Assembly (NCBI RefSeq): GCF_000025945.1
Contig: NC_006138.1
Coordinates: forward strand, 2,940,001 to 2,972,000
From: Desulfotalea psychrophila LSv54
GTDB lineage: Bacteria; Desulfobacterota; Desulfobulbia; Desulfobulbales; Desulfocapsaceae
Direction: 5' to 3'
DNA: 32,000 nt
Positions 19,597-28,899 of this stretch are shown piece by piece. Position numbers and translations under genes: made by a program. Under the pieces are notes generated by a model. It was not told where the DNA came from. It was given only the letters and a program-made list of their open reading frames with translations, and searched no databases. Position 1 is the stretch's first letter. Each line of letters starts with the position of its first letter.

Positions 19597-19626
19597 GGCC
19601 CCTATGTTCAGCTGAACATAGGGGCC
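19597..19626. terminator. Perfect palindrome between convergent genes, probable (bidirectional) transcript-end hairpin
   Basis: GGCCCCTATGTTCAGCTGAACATAGGGGCC, a perfect 30-nt palindrome between the GNAT gene (+) and pepA (-). The flanking T-run is weak. Confidence 0.55.
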
Positions 19627-19632
19627 TTCTCT

Positions 19633-21141
19633 TTAGCCCAGAGAGCGAATAAATTCAATCAGGGTTCTGGTTCCTGTACCGGAAGGCCCTTTGGGAATAT
19701 ATTTTTTCTCGGTGAAGTTCCAGGCAGTTCCTGCAATATCAAAATGGAGCCAAGGAGTATCACCTATGAATTTTTCCAAATAGGCAGCGGCGGTAATGGT
19801 GCCAGCAGGACGGCCACCCACATTTTTAATATCTGCCACCTCGGACTTGATCTGCTTACGGTATTCCTCGGTCAGAGGCAGGCGCCAAACAGGTTCACCG
19901 GCCTTGGCCCCCGCTCTGGTGGCAAGTTCTACCAGATGATCACTATTAGAGACAAGGGCCGTATGATGATGGCCAAGAGCAATAATAGCAGCACCCGTCA
20001 AGGTTGCCAGATCGAGGACATAATCGGGGCAATATTTTTCTACCCCATAGGCCAGGGCATCGGCCAAAATCAATCTCCCCTCGGCATCTGTATTCACCAC
20101 CTCCGAGCTTATTCCACCATAATGACTAATTATATCACCTGGTTTTAAAGCACCTCCACCTGCCATATTATCCGTTGCAGGAACGATAGCTATGACCCGA
20201 ACATCAGGTTTTTCTTCTGCCACAGCCTTCATGGCACAGATAACAGCCGCACCACCACACATATCATACTTCATCTCCTCCATGCCCGCGCCTGGTTTCA
20301 AACTCACTCCACCAGAATCAAAGGTAAGGCCCTTACCCACCATCAGCACAGTTTTACGTGGGTTTTCCGGGCTATACTCCAGAACAACAAGCTGAGGCGA
20401 CTCCTTACTGCCCTGACTCACCCCCAAGAGACCACCCATCCCCATTTTCTTCATCTTCTTCTTACCGAGAACGGTACAGACGAGGGAATGAGATTTGGCA
20501 AGTTTTTTAGCATAACGAGAAAAATGCTTTGGTGTCCAGCCATTACCCGGCTCATGAGCCATATCACGGGCAGCACAACCACAGTCAGCTGCCAATTGGG
20601 CTCGTTCAGATATCCTTTCTAAAGCCTTATCAAAGGCACCGGCAAAAGAGAGAGCAAGTACCTTCAATCCTCTGTATGGGGCAGGGGCATCTTTTTTACT
20701 CATATACTTAAGGAAACGATAATCGCCCAGGAGTACTCCTTCAACCAAGGGTTCAAGGGTATCGGCACTCTTTCTCCCTGCAAGGGTGGGAATTACCACC
20801 AGCACCTCAGTAGCCTTTATCTCAGCGGCCTTCTGGGCAACAAGGCCACCTGTTTGCCGAAGCAGATCTCTCTGTAAATCAGAGTCCTTATCCCCCTTAC
20901 CAAGACCAAGCAAGAGAATACGCTCTGCCCCACAGATGCTTTTCTTCAACTGTGATGAGTAGAGAAGGACGGCCTCTCCATCTTTGCCCGAAAAATCTCC
21001 GGTTGCCTCTAATTTATTATAAATATTAGCAATTTCCTTCATATCACCGCTAAATTCAGGCTTCTCCCCCAGAGGGAAAACCAACAAATCTCCGGCAAAA
21101 CTCTGCCATTTTTCATAATGTACTACCTGGGTTTTACTCAT
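19633..21141 (-). CDS. pepA: Cytosol (leucyl) aminopeptidase
   Basis: 502 aa. VGKGLTFDSGGVSLKPGAGMEEMKYDMCGGAAVICAMKA, VVNTDAEGRLILADALAY. Confidence 0.96.
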   Translation of the reverse strand: MSKTQVVHYEKWQSFAGDLLVFPLGEKPEFSGDMKEIANIYNKLEATGDFSGKDGEAVLLYSSQLKKSICGAERILLLGLGKGDKDSDLQRDLLRQTGGLVAQKAAEIKATEVLVVIPTLAGRKSADTLEPLVEGVLLGDYRFLKYMSKKDAPAPYRGLKVLALSFAGAFDKALERISERAQLAADCGCAARDMAHEPGNGWTPKHFSRYAKKLAKSHSLVCTVLGKKKMKKMGMGGLLGVSQGSKESPQLVVLEYSPENPRKTVLMVGKGLTFDSGGVSLKPGAGMEEMKYDMCGGAAVICAMKAVAEEKPDVRVIAIVPATDNMAGGGALKPGDIISHYGGISSEVVNTDAEGRLILADALAYGVEKYCPDYVLDLATLTGAAIIALGHHHTALVSNSDHLVELATRAGAKAGEPVWRLPLTEEYRKQIKSEVADIKNVGGRPAGTITAAAYLEKFIGDTPWLHFDIAGTAWNFTEKKYIPKGPSGTGTRTLIEFIRSLG

Positions 21142-21209
21142 GATGACTCCATAATAGAGTTGATTAGATCAATTAGCTATGCCGACTAAGCTTACATAAC
21201 TAAGAAACA

Positions 21210-21315
21210 GTGTCTATTCTCTTTAAAGCATGACTCAAATAAAATATGTAGTAGATAGACACGGATAATAGATAATATATAGAGTACATTAAAAATGTAC
21301 TGCTCTCTTTTTTAG
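21210..21315 (+). promoter_or_regulatory. Structured leader with terminator-like hairpin upstream of the CNNM/CorC-like gene
   Basis: GTGTCTAT (21210-21217) / ATAGACAC (21255-21262). A second hairpin, GTACAT (21284-21289) / ATGTAC (21295-21300), is extended by AGA/TCT and followed by CTTTTTT at about 21307-21313. Confidence 0.4.
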
Positions 21316-21379
21316 CCCTTATTTTATAACAGGTAGGAGATGATATTGAAAAATCATTCTGCCATAGCGGAGAATTCTT

Positions 21380-22420
21380 GTGCATCAAACCCTTATTGTC
21401 GCAGTAAGCCTTGCCATTTTCATATCTGCAATCTGCTCTCTCTGCGAAGCAGTGCTCTACACCCTCACCGCCAGCCAGGTTGAAATGCTGAAGAAAAGCG
21501 GCTCACCGGCCGGAGAGCAGCTGCAACAGATGCGGGCAGATATTGATGAACCCATCACAGCAATACTCACCCTCAATACAATTGCCCATACTATTGGCGC
21601 AGCCATTGCCGGGGCTGCTGCCGCAAAAATTTGGGGCGATGAAAATGTTATCTGGTTCTCAGCAATTTTTACTCTGGCTATTCTTATCTTCACCGAGATA
21701 CTGCCAAAAACCATGGGGGTAAATTTTGCCTACAAACTGGCCCCAGTCATTACCTATCCCCTACAGATAATGATATTTATATTAAAACCAATTGTTTGGC
21801 TATGTCGATGGGTTACCCGTCTTCTGCCAAATCGTGAAGACGACACCATCAGCGGTGAAGAAATTCAAACCATAGCCACTCTTTCCCAAAAATCCGGCGA
21901 TATAGAGGAGAATGAGGCAAAGGTCATCAATAATATCATTGAGCTCAAACACAAAATTGTTCGTAATATCATGACCCCCCGGACAGTCACCTTTTCCCTC
22001 AACGAAACGCTGACCATAAGTGAAGCCATGACCATGATAAAACGACTGAGTAGCCATAGCAGGATACCTGTTTATAACGTTAATATTAACAACATAACAG
22101 GAATCATCATGCGAAAGGACATTCTTCAGGCGGCAGCTGACGACAGGGACGAACTGCCACTCTCGCAGCTGGCAAAACCCGCCCATTTTGTCCCGGAGAC
22201 AGCGCCTCTTAACCGTATTCTCATTGATTTTTTTGATCGCCACCAACACCTCTTCGTCGTCGTCGATGAGTATGGCAGCATGACAGGGGTGATCTCCATG
22301 GAGGATGTTATTGAGGAAATTGTCGGTCAGGAGATCGTTGATGAATCCGATAAGGCAAATGATATGCGGGAGCTGGCCAGAAAACGAAACCTGGCCAGAA
22401 AAGAGGAGAGAAAAAAATAG
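21380..22420 (+). CDS. CNNM/CorC-like membrane protein with tandem CBS domains
   Basis: 346 aa. DUF21-like transmembrane region (EAVLYTLTASQVEMLKKSG, TEILPKTMGVNFA), then CBS motifs (IMTPRTVTF...SRIPVYNVNINNITGIIMRKDIL; HLFVVVDEYGSMTGVISMEDVIEEIVGQEIVDE). Confidence 0.88.
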   Translation: MHQTLIVAVSLAIFISAICSLCEAVLYTLTASQVEMLKKSGSPAGEQLQQMRADIDEPITAILTLNTIAHTIGAAIAGAAAAKIWGDENVIWFSAIFTLAILIFTEILPKTMGVNFAYKLAPVITYPLQIMIFILKPIVWLCRWVTRLLPNREDDTISGEEIQTIATLSQKSGDIEENEAKVINNIIELKHKIVRNIMTPRTVTFSLNETLTISEAMTMIKRLSSHSRIPVYNVNINNITGIIMRKDILQAAADDRDELPLSQLAKPAHFVPETAPLNRILIDFFDRHQHLFVVVDEYGSMTGVISMEDVIEEIVGQEIVDESDKANDMRELARKRNLARKEERKK

Positions 22421-22463
22421 GCCTCAACCCCTTTTTATCGAGATGGGAGTGACAGCGATATTA

Positions 22464-23234
22464 TCAGCCCAGATCAATCATGGGCAGAGGTTGGTGCTGA
22501 TCGGCCACATGCAGCTTCATCTGCGGCCAGGCCTTTGCCACCGGAGCGACTGCTCGCAGGGCATGCTGAGGGGTGTTATTGGTTTCACTCAGGTGAGCAA
22601 GCACCGTACACTGAAGCTTTTCATGACAGAGATCCTGAAGAAACTGAGCACTCTCCTCATTTGCCAGATGACCCTGGCGAGATCGCACCCGCTGCTGGAG
22701 CTGCAGGGGGTATGGGCCCATACGCAAGAGATCCGGATCATGATTTGCCTCAAGTATCAGTCCATCACAGGCGGAGAGGCGCTTAGCCATGAGATGGGTA
22801 GCATAACCGGTATCCGTACAGTAGCCAAGGGTCTTCTCACCATTGCTTATGATATAGCCCACAGGATCAGCACTATCGTGCATCACCGAAAAAGAGCGCA
22901 GTTCTAAATCACCGATCTGGAGGATATCTCCTGTCTCAAACTCTCTGATATTATCTATTTTTTTAATTATCCCTTCACTGCCAAGCAGGGTCCCCTCATT
23001 TGCCCAGACACTCATCTTACATCTTCTGGCAAGCACCCCGACCCCGCCAACATGGTCACGGTGTTCATGGGTTACGCAGATGGCCCGTAAACAGTCGGTG
23101 CTCCTGCCAATTACCGCTAAACGCCTCTCTATTTCCTTCCCGGAAAAACCCGCGTCAATGAGAATAGCTGTTTTACCAGATTCGATATATACAGAGTTAC
23201 CCCGACTACCACTGCCAAGTACAGAAAAACGCAT
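22464..23234 (-). CDS. MBL-fold metallohydrolase, YycJ/WalJ-like
   Basis: 256 aa. RFSVLGSGSRGNSVYIESGKTAILIDAGFSGKEIERRL, CVTHEHRDHVGGVGVLARR, LILEANHDPDLLRMGPYP, HLSETNNTPQHAL. Confidence 0.9.
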   Translation of the reverse strand: MRFSVLGSGSRGNSVYIESGKTAILIDAGFSGKEIERRLAVIGRSTDCLRAICVTHEHRDHVGGVGVLARRCKMSVWANEGTLLGSEGIIKKIDNIREFETGDILQIGDLELRSFSVMHDSADPVGYIISNGEKTLGYCTDTGYATHLMAKRLSACDGLILEANHDPDLLRMGPYPLQLQQRVRSRQGHLANEESAQFLQDLCHEKLQCTVLAHLSETNNTPQHALRAVAPVAKAWPQMKLHVADQHQPLPMIDLG

Positions 23235-23251
23235 ATTTTTTACCCTTAGGT

Positions 23252-23420
23252 CCTGTCAGAAAATTATATGAACATCTTGCATCTCAGCTTCGGGCCATCT
23301 TCGACCGCTTCTCAATCGCAAAATCCTCGATGTAGCCCTGCTACATCTGCGGTTTTGCTCAATCGGCGCAACCAAATCTGACCCAATCCTGAGCGAAATT
23401 TTGGCCATCTTATTTTGTAA
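23252..23420. repeat. Structured intergenic element with a long imperfect dyad, possibly a dispersed repeat
   Basis: GCAAAATCCTCGATGTAG (23318-23335), loop CCCTG, CTACATCTGCGGTTTTGC (23341-23358): 16 of 18 positions pair (G-U allowed). Flanks lack a convincing ORF. Confidence 0.45.
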
Positions 23421-23457
23421 CAAAACCTTAGTTTTAAGAGATCATGAAGAAATCGCC

Positions 23458-23913
23458 TCATACTCCCGTATGGCCAAAGCCACCGGCACCACGCTCCGTT
23501 GCCTCAAGCTCCGTGACAACAGTCCATCTTGCCTGGAGAACAGGGGCAAGGACAAGCTGAGCAATACGATCACCATGATGAATGGTTACAGCTTGCCGAC
23601 CAAGGTTAATCAGCCCCACCCCGACCTCACCACGATAGTCTGCATCTATGGTACCAGGTGCATTAACCACTGTCAGCCCATGCTTTATGGCAAGACCACT
23701 CCTTGGTCGCACCTGAATTTCATAGCCAGTGGGAATGGCAAGGGCAAAACCCGTCGGAATAAGGACAATATCACCCGGCTCAATGGTACAATCAGCATCC
23801 AAACAGGCCGCCACATCCATACCGGCAGCCCCCTCTGTTTCATATGCGGGTAGAGAAAGCGTCTCTGTCTCCCGACCTTCCAGCCAAAGGAATTCCACTT
23901 TTTTTTCCATCAC
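23458..23913 (-). CDS. dut: Deoxyuridine 5'-triphosphate nucleotidohydrolase
   Basis: 151 aa. [82 protein letters not shown]. Confidence 0.96.
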   Translation of the reverse strand: MMEKKVEFLWLEGRETETLSLPAYETEGAAGMDVAACLDADCTIEPGDIVLIPTGFALAIPTGYEIQVRPRSGLAIKHGLTVVNAPGTIDADYRGEVGVGLINLGRQAVTIHHGDRIAQLVLAPVLQARWTVVTELEATERGAGGFGHTGV

Positions 23914-23923
23914 AGTCCCCTAC

Positions 23924-23960
23924 AAAAAAGGGCCGATCCTCAAAAGAAGATCGGCCCAAA
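23924..23960 (-). terminator. Rho-independent terminator downstream of pnp
   Basis: GGGCCGATC (23930-23938) / GATCGGCCC (23949-23957). The minus-strand transcript ends in a six-U tract. Confidence 0.85.
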
Positions 23961-23986
23961 AACTATCTCAGAACAGCAGGCTACAA

Positions 23987-26065
23987 TTAACCGAGCAATG
24001 CCTTACGACTAAGACGGATACGGCCGCGATTATCAACATCAAGAACCTTCACCTCTATGGTGTCGCCCTCGTTGACAACATCGGTCACATCCTTAACTCG
24101 CTCAAGGGCAAGCTCAGAGATATGAACCAATCCATCGGTACCAGGAAGAATCTCTACAAAGGCACCAAAGTCTTTGATGGTCTTAACCTTTCCGGTATAT
24201 ACCGCTCCAACCTCTACCTCTGCAGTGATAGATTTTACTCTCTCCACAAGGGCCTCGGCAAGTGCACCGTTAGCAACAAACATTTTTACCAAACCGCTGT
24301 CATCAACTTCGATTTTTGCATCGTACTGTGCAGAAAGCTCTTTGATGATCTTACCGCCGGGTCCAATAATGTCACGAATCTTGTCTTGGCTGATCTTATG
24401 AATGAAATACTTAGGCGCATGCTCAACCACCTCGGCACGAGCCTCGGCAATACCCTTGCTCATCTCTTCCAAGATGTGCATACGACCACGTTTTGCCTGA
24501 TCAAGAGCATTGGACATAATATCACGGCTAACACCGTCAATCTTGATATCCATCTGCAGAGCGGTAATACCATCACAGGTACCAACCACTTTGAAATCCA
24601 TATCGCCCAAGTGATCCTCATCACCAAGGATATCAGAGAGAATAGCAACACCCTCGCCTTCCTTGATAAGCCCCATGGCAATACCGGAAACAGGACGCTT
24701 AAGGGGTACACCCGCATCCATCATGGCCATACTACCACCACAAACTGAAGCCATAGACGATGATCCGTTAGATTCAAGAATCTCGGAAACCACACGAATT
24801 GCATATGGGAAATCTTCTTCACTTGGAAGAACAGCCTCTAAGCCACGGGTTGCAAGAGTTCCATGACCAATATCACGTCGGGAAGGACCACGAAGGAAAC
24901 GAGCCTCGCCAACACAGTATGGAGGGAAGTTATAGTGAAGCATAAAACGACGAGAAGTCTCGCCGTTAAGGGTCTCAACACGTTGCTTATCGCGCTCACT
25001 ACCAAGGGTTGCAGTAACAAGTGCCTGAGTCTCACCACGGGTAAAAAGAGCAGATCCATGGGTCTTTGGCAAATATTCTGTTTCACTGGAGATATCACGA
25101 ATCTCATCCCAGGCACGACCACCAATACGCACGCCTGTGTTTACAGTCTTTTCACGCAGATAAGTCTTCTTGAAATCAGAGAGAAGGCTGCTGATCTCAG
25201 AGGCACGCAGACCCTCTTCAGTGTCAAGCTGAGCCACAACTTCTTTCTTCAGATCATCATAAACCTTACCACGCTCCAACTTGTCTACGGTGGTATAAAC
25301 TTTTTGCATACCGGCCGCAGCAATCTCAACAACCTTTGCCTTAAGTTCTGCATCAATCACAGGGGACTCAACAACGATTTTTTCTAAACCATTAGCTCGT
25401 TGGAGTTCATCCTGAAGATTGATAAGGGGCTGAAGGTTTTCAAAGGCAAAGAAAATAGCGCCAAGAATTTCATCTTCACTGAGTTCGTCGGCCTTACCCT
25501 CAACCATAACAATAGCGTTACGGGTACAGGCAACCATCAGATCCATGGAAGAAGATTCAAGCTCTGCGAATGTTGGGTTAAGTACATATTTACCATCAAT
25601 ATAGGCAATACGACCACCAGCCACTGGACCTGCAAATGGAATATGAGAAATAGAAAGTGCCGCTGAAGCACCGGTCAAGGCAAGAACATCAGGTGAGTTC
25701 ACCTGATCTGCCGAAAGTACGGTGGCAATAACTTGAGTCTCTGATCTATAACCTTCAGGGAAGAGCGGACGAAGGGGACGATCAATAATTCGACAGGTAA
25801 GCACCTCTTGGTCAGAAGGACGACCAATCTCACGACGAAAATAGTTACCGGGAACACGACCTACTGCAGAAAACTTTTCTTGATACTCAATGGTGAGTGG
25901 CAAAAAGTCAACATTGGGATTGCTGGTCTTGGCGCCAACCACGGTCACAAGTACCACGGTACCACCACAACTGATCACAATCGATCCAGATGCCTGCTTG
26001 GCTAATTTTCCAGTTTCAATGGAAATAAGCTTGCCATCAATATCAGCTTCAACTTTATTAAACAT
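23987..26065 (-). CDS. pnp: Polyribonucleotide nucleotidyltransferase
   Basis: 692 aa. Two RNase PH-like halves (DRPLRPLFPEGYRSETQVIATVLSAD; FTRGETQALVTATLG, LHYNFPPYCVGEARFLRGPSRRDIGHGTLATRGLEAVLP), KH (IIGPGGKIIKELS) and S1 (GAVYTGKVKTIKDFGAFVEILPGTDGLVHISEL). Confidence 0.98.
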   Translation of the reverse strand: MFNKVEADIDGKLISIETGKLAKQASGSIVISCGGTVVLVTVVGAKTSNPNVDFLPLTIEYQEKFSAVGRVPGNYFRREIGRPSDQEVLTCRIIDRPLRPLFPEGYRSETQVIATVLSADQVNSPDVLALTGASAALSISHIPFAGPVAGGRIAYIDGKYVLNPTFAELESSSMDLMVACTRNAIVMVEGKADELSEDEILGAIFFAFENLQPLINLQDELQRANGLEKIVVESPVIDAELKAKVVEIAAAGMQKVYTTVDKLERGKVYDDLKKEVVAQLDTEEGLRASEISSLLSDFKKTYLREKTVNTGVRIGGRAWDEIRDISSETEYLPKTHGSALFTRGETQALVTATLGSERDKQRVETLNGETSRRFMLHYNFPPYCVGEARFLRGPSRRDIGHGTLATRGLEAVLPSEEDFPYAIRVVSEILESNGSSSMASVCGGSMAMMDAGVPLKRPVSGIAMGLIKEGEGVAILSDILGDEDHLGDMDFKVVGTCDGITALQMDIKIDGVSRDIMSNALDQAKRGRMHILEEMSKGIAEARAEVVEHAPKYFIHKISQDKIRDIIGPGGKIIKELSAQYDAKIEVDDSGLVKMFVANGALAEALVERVKSITAEVEVGAVYTGKVKTIKDFGAFVEILPGTDGLVHISELALERVKDVTDVVNEGDTIEVKVLDVDNRGRIRLSRKALLG

Positions 26066-26259
26066 ATTTTCTCCAACTGTTTATCAGCTTCGGGGAAAGG
26101 AAATAATGTTCCCCTTCATGACTGGATTATCCACCAGTCCCTATGCTCTTTTTTTTTCGACTTCCTTAAACTGCAATACCTCAGGAAATTTCTTTTGGAG
26201 AAATCACCTGAGGTATACACATACCCCAAAACAAAAACGTTGCAGGTAAGGTGAAGGAA

Positions 26260-26529
26260 TTACTTACGAATTCCAAGCGCCTTGATCAATTCACGATATG
26301 TAGTAACATTTTTTTTCTTCAAATAATCAAGAAGGCTTCTGCGTTGGCCAACAAGCTTAAGCAGACCTTGTCTTGAGTGATGATCTTTCTTGTGAGTCTT
26401 GAAGTGATCGGTCAGGTACTGAATACGATCGGTCAAGAGAGCGATCTGTACTTCAGATGATCCGGTATCGCCTTCGTGGGTCTTGAACTTCTCAATAATC
26501 TCGTTTTTTACAACTGCTGATTGTGCCAC
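26260..26529 (-). CDS. rpsO: 30S ribosomal protein S15
   Basis: 89 aa. [52 protein letters not shown]. Confidence 0.98.
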   Translation of the reverse strand: MAQSAVVKNEIIEKFKTHEGDTGSSEVQIALLTDRIQYLTDHFKTHKKDHHSRQGLLKLVGQRRSLLDYLKKKNVTTYRELIKALGIRK

Positions 26530-26726
26530 GACAATCCTCCTGAAACTGTATTATAAGAATATAATATTCTCAATAAATTCGAATATTTTCTGTCATAATT
26601 TATCCGCTGAAAAAAAAGCGGGCGGGCGAGCCAATGCGGATCAGAAAATGCAAAGTTAGGTGGCGTCCCTTCCAAGTATTAAGATACGCATGGTACTCTC
26701 GAAGCAAGAATAGCTAAAACGCAAAA

Positions 26727-27467
26727 TTATTGCAACAATTTACCTACACTTTCTACGGATAAAACTTTTTTCATGAATCTTTCATGAGCATCTTCAGCTA
26801 ACATGTCGACATCGGTGAGGGCATCTTCAACATTGAAAAAACCACTTTTGGTGCGACGAAGGTCAGTTAAATGGGCACCACAGCCCAGAACCTTTCCGAT
26901 ATCCGAGCCAAGGGTCCTGATATAACTCCCCTTGCTGCAGCGTACCCGAATTACCAGGCTAGGATGGTCTCCTTCAAGATCTCCTTCGCCCAGCCTCTCA
27001 ATTTCATGAACGGTTATCTCCCGTGCATCTTTTTTTACTTCAATACCCTTACGGGCATAATAGTAGAGAGGTTTTCCCTGATGCTTTAAAGCTGAATAGG
27101 CAGGTGGCACCTGCATCTGAGTGCCCTTAAAACCGGCAAGACAGGTCTCTATGGTCTCTGCATGCAAAAAACCCACCTGCTTTCTGGCAATTTCTGCCCC
27201 TTCCGGATCCTGGGTTTCAGTTTCAACCCCAAGACAGAGGGTGGCAATATATTCCTTCTCCCCATCCATAAAGGAAGAGATCATCTTGGTCGCAGGACGT
27301 CCCGCGCATACCACTAACAAACCAGTGGCAAAGGGATCAAGGGTTCCAGCATGGCCAACCTTTTTCATCCCCAAGATACGACGTACCCGGCTTACTACAC
27401 CAAAAGAAGTAATCCCCACTGGTTTATCAATGAGGAAAATTCCTGCTGTAAAATCTTGTTCTTCCAA
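26727..27467 (-). CDS. truB: tRNA pseudouridine(55) synthase
   Basis: 246 aa. GIFLIDKPVGITSFGVV, KKVGHAGTLDPFATGLLVVCAGRPATK, QVPPAYSALKHQGKPLYYYARKG. Confidence 0.95.
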   Translation of the reverse strand: MEEQDFTAGIFLIDKPVGITSFGVVSRVRRILGMKKVGHAGTLDPFATGLLVVCAGRPATKMISSFMDGEKEYIATLCLGVETETQDPEGAEIARKQVGFLHAETIETCLAGFKGTQMQVPPAYSALKHQGKPLYYYARKGIEVKKDAREITVHEIERLGEGDLEGDHPSLVIRVRCSKGSYIRTLGSDIGKVLGCGAHLTDLRRTKSGFFNVEDALTDVDMLAEDAHERFMKKVLSVESVGKLLQ

Positions 27468-27495
27468 TATTAGTCTCTTTTAAAGCTGAGGTACA

Positions 27496-28485
27496 TTAAG
27501 AAAGAGCGGCCCTAAGGGCCGTCACAACTCTGGATCGTGCCTGCAATAGGTTTATCTCTTTTAAGCGAAATCCTGCAGCGTTATAATGCCCACCTCCACC
27601 AAACTGCTCGGCGACAAGAGAAACATCACAACCGCCCTTGGCCCGAAGACTGACAGAAACACTTCCGTCCTCGCTACCCTTTAAAAAGATGGCAACCTTA
27701 ACGGAGGCAATAGATCTCGGATAGTCAACAAAACCACCTGTATCTTCCTTGCTAGCACCTGTTTGCGCAAACATTTCATCCGTCACATAGACAGAGGCAA
27801 CTTGCCCTTCACAGTTCATCTCCAAAGTACCCAGCACCATCTGCATCAACTGCAAGCGGGAAAGGGTCCAATTATCGTAAAGATGACTGCCAACCTGATC
27901 CGGAAGGACACCGAGCGCCAGAAGTTCTCCGGCAATGACATGGGTTCTAGCCGAAGTACTGCTGTAACGAAAGCCACCCGTATCACTTACGATGGCAACA
28001 TAGAGACAGAGGGCAGCTTCATAGCTTAACGGCATATCAAGCTTAGCTGCAAGCTCAAAAACCATCTCGCCCGTCGAAGAAAGAGCTGCCTCAACCCAAC
28101 TGATATCACCAAAGGGTAAATGACTCTTGTGATGATCCATAACAAGAGAGTATTGGCATTTTGCAAAGATATCCTGAAAGATACCAAGGCGATAAACATC
28201 ACCGCAATCAAGGGCGATGGCAAGGCAATCCGTTCCCTCCCGCACGAGGAGGGCCTCGGCCGCAGCAGATCCAATAATCAAATTATCGGCAGCTGGCAAA
28301 AAGGCATAGGTCAGCGGAAGCTCTGCCTCCACAAAACACCACACCTTCTTCCCCTGGGCCTGCAAAATATCTGCAAGCCCAAAGAGAGAACCAAGCGCAT
28401 CACCGTCGGGGCGACTATGAGCAAAAAGAAAAAACTTATCATTTTGCTCAATTGCCTCAACTAAATTACTAGGAATTTTCACCAT
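27496..28485 (-). CDS. nrnA: DHH/DHHA1 phosphoesterase (nanoRNase/pAp phosphatase family)
   Basis: 329 aa. [65 protein letters not shown]. Located between rbfA and truB. Confidence 0.9.
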
Positions 28486-28891
28486 TATCCTGGCGCTCCT
28501 TAGCGATTTCTTGGAATATATTTTCTATCTCTGCAACCTTTTCTGCAGTCTTGTCATAACAGAACTGAAGATTAGGTGTATATCGCATATTCAAGGTCCG
28601 AGCAAGGTGACTCCTGATAAAACCAGTTGCCGCCAAAAAGGCCTTATCAACTGCCTTTACATGTTTATGAGGACCATAGATTGTGTAATAAATTTTAACA
28701 ATCGTAAGATCATCCGTCGCTGTCACTCGGGAAATACCCACATCTTGCAGCTTCGGGTCACGAATCTTTTCAAGCAACAACACGGCCAGCTCTTTGCGAA
28801 TTGCATCCGCTACCCGTGTTGAACGCTTAACTTCGGTTCGTTTTCCGAGACCAATGGAATCAAGTATTTCTTTAGGATCCCATACACTCAT
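28469..28891 (-). CDS. rbfA: Ribosome-binding factor A
   Basis: 140 aa. [75 protein letters not shown]. The 5' neighbour is infB. Confidence 0.93.
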
Positions 28892-28899
28892 AAATTCAC

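Noticed and set aside
23729-24748. 339-aa plus-strand ORF antisense to dut and pnp, and 24863-25387 / 25890-26249 plus-strand ORFs
   Set aside because: Entirely or largely antisense to well-supported pnp and dut frames, with no recognisable domain and implausible composition.
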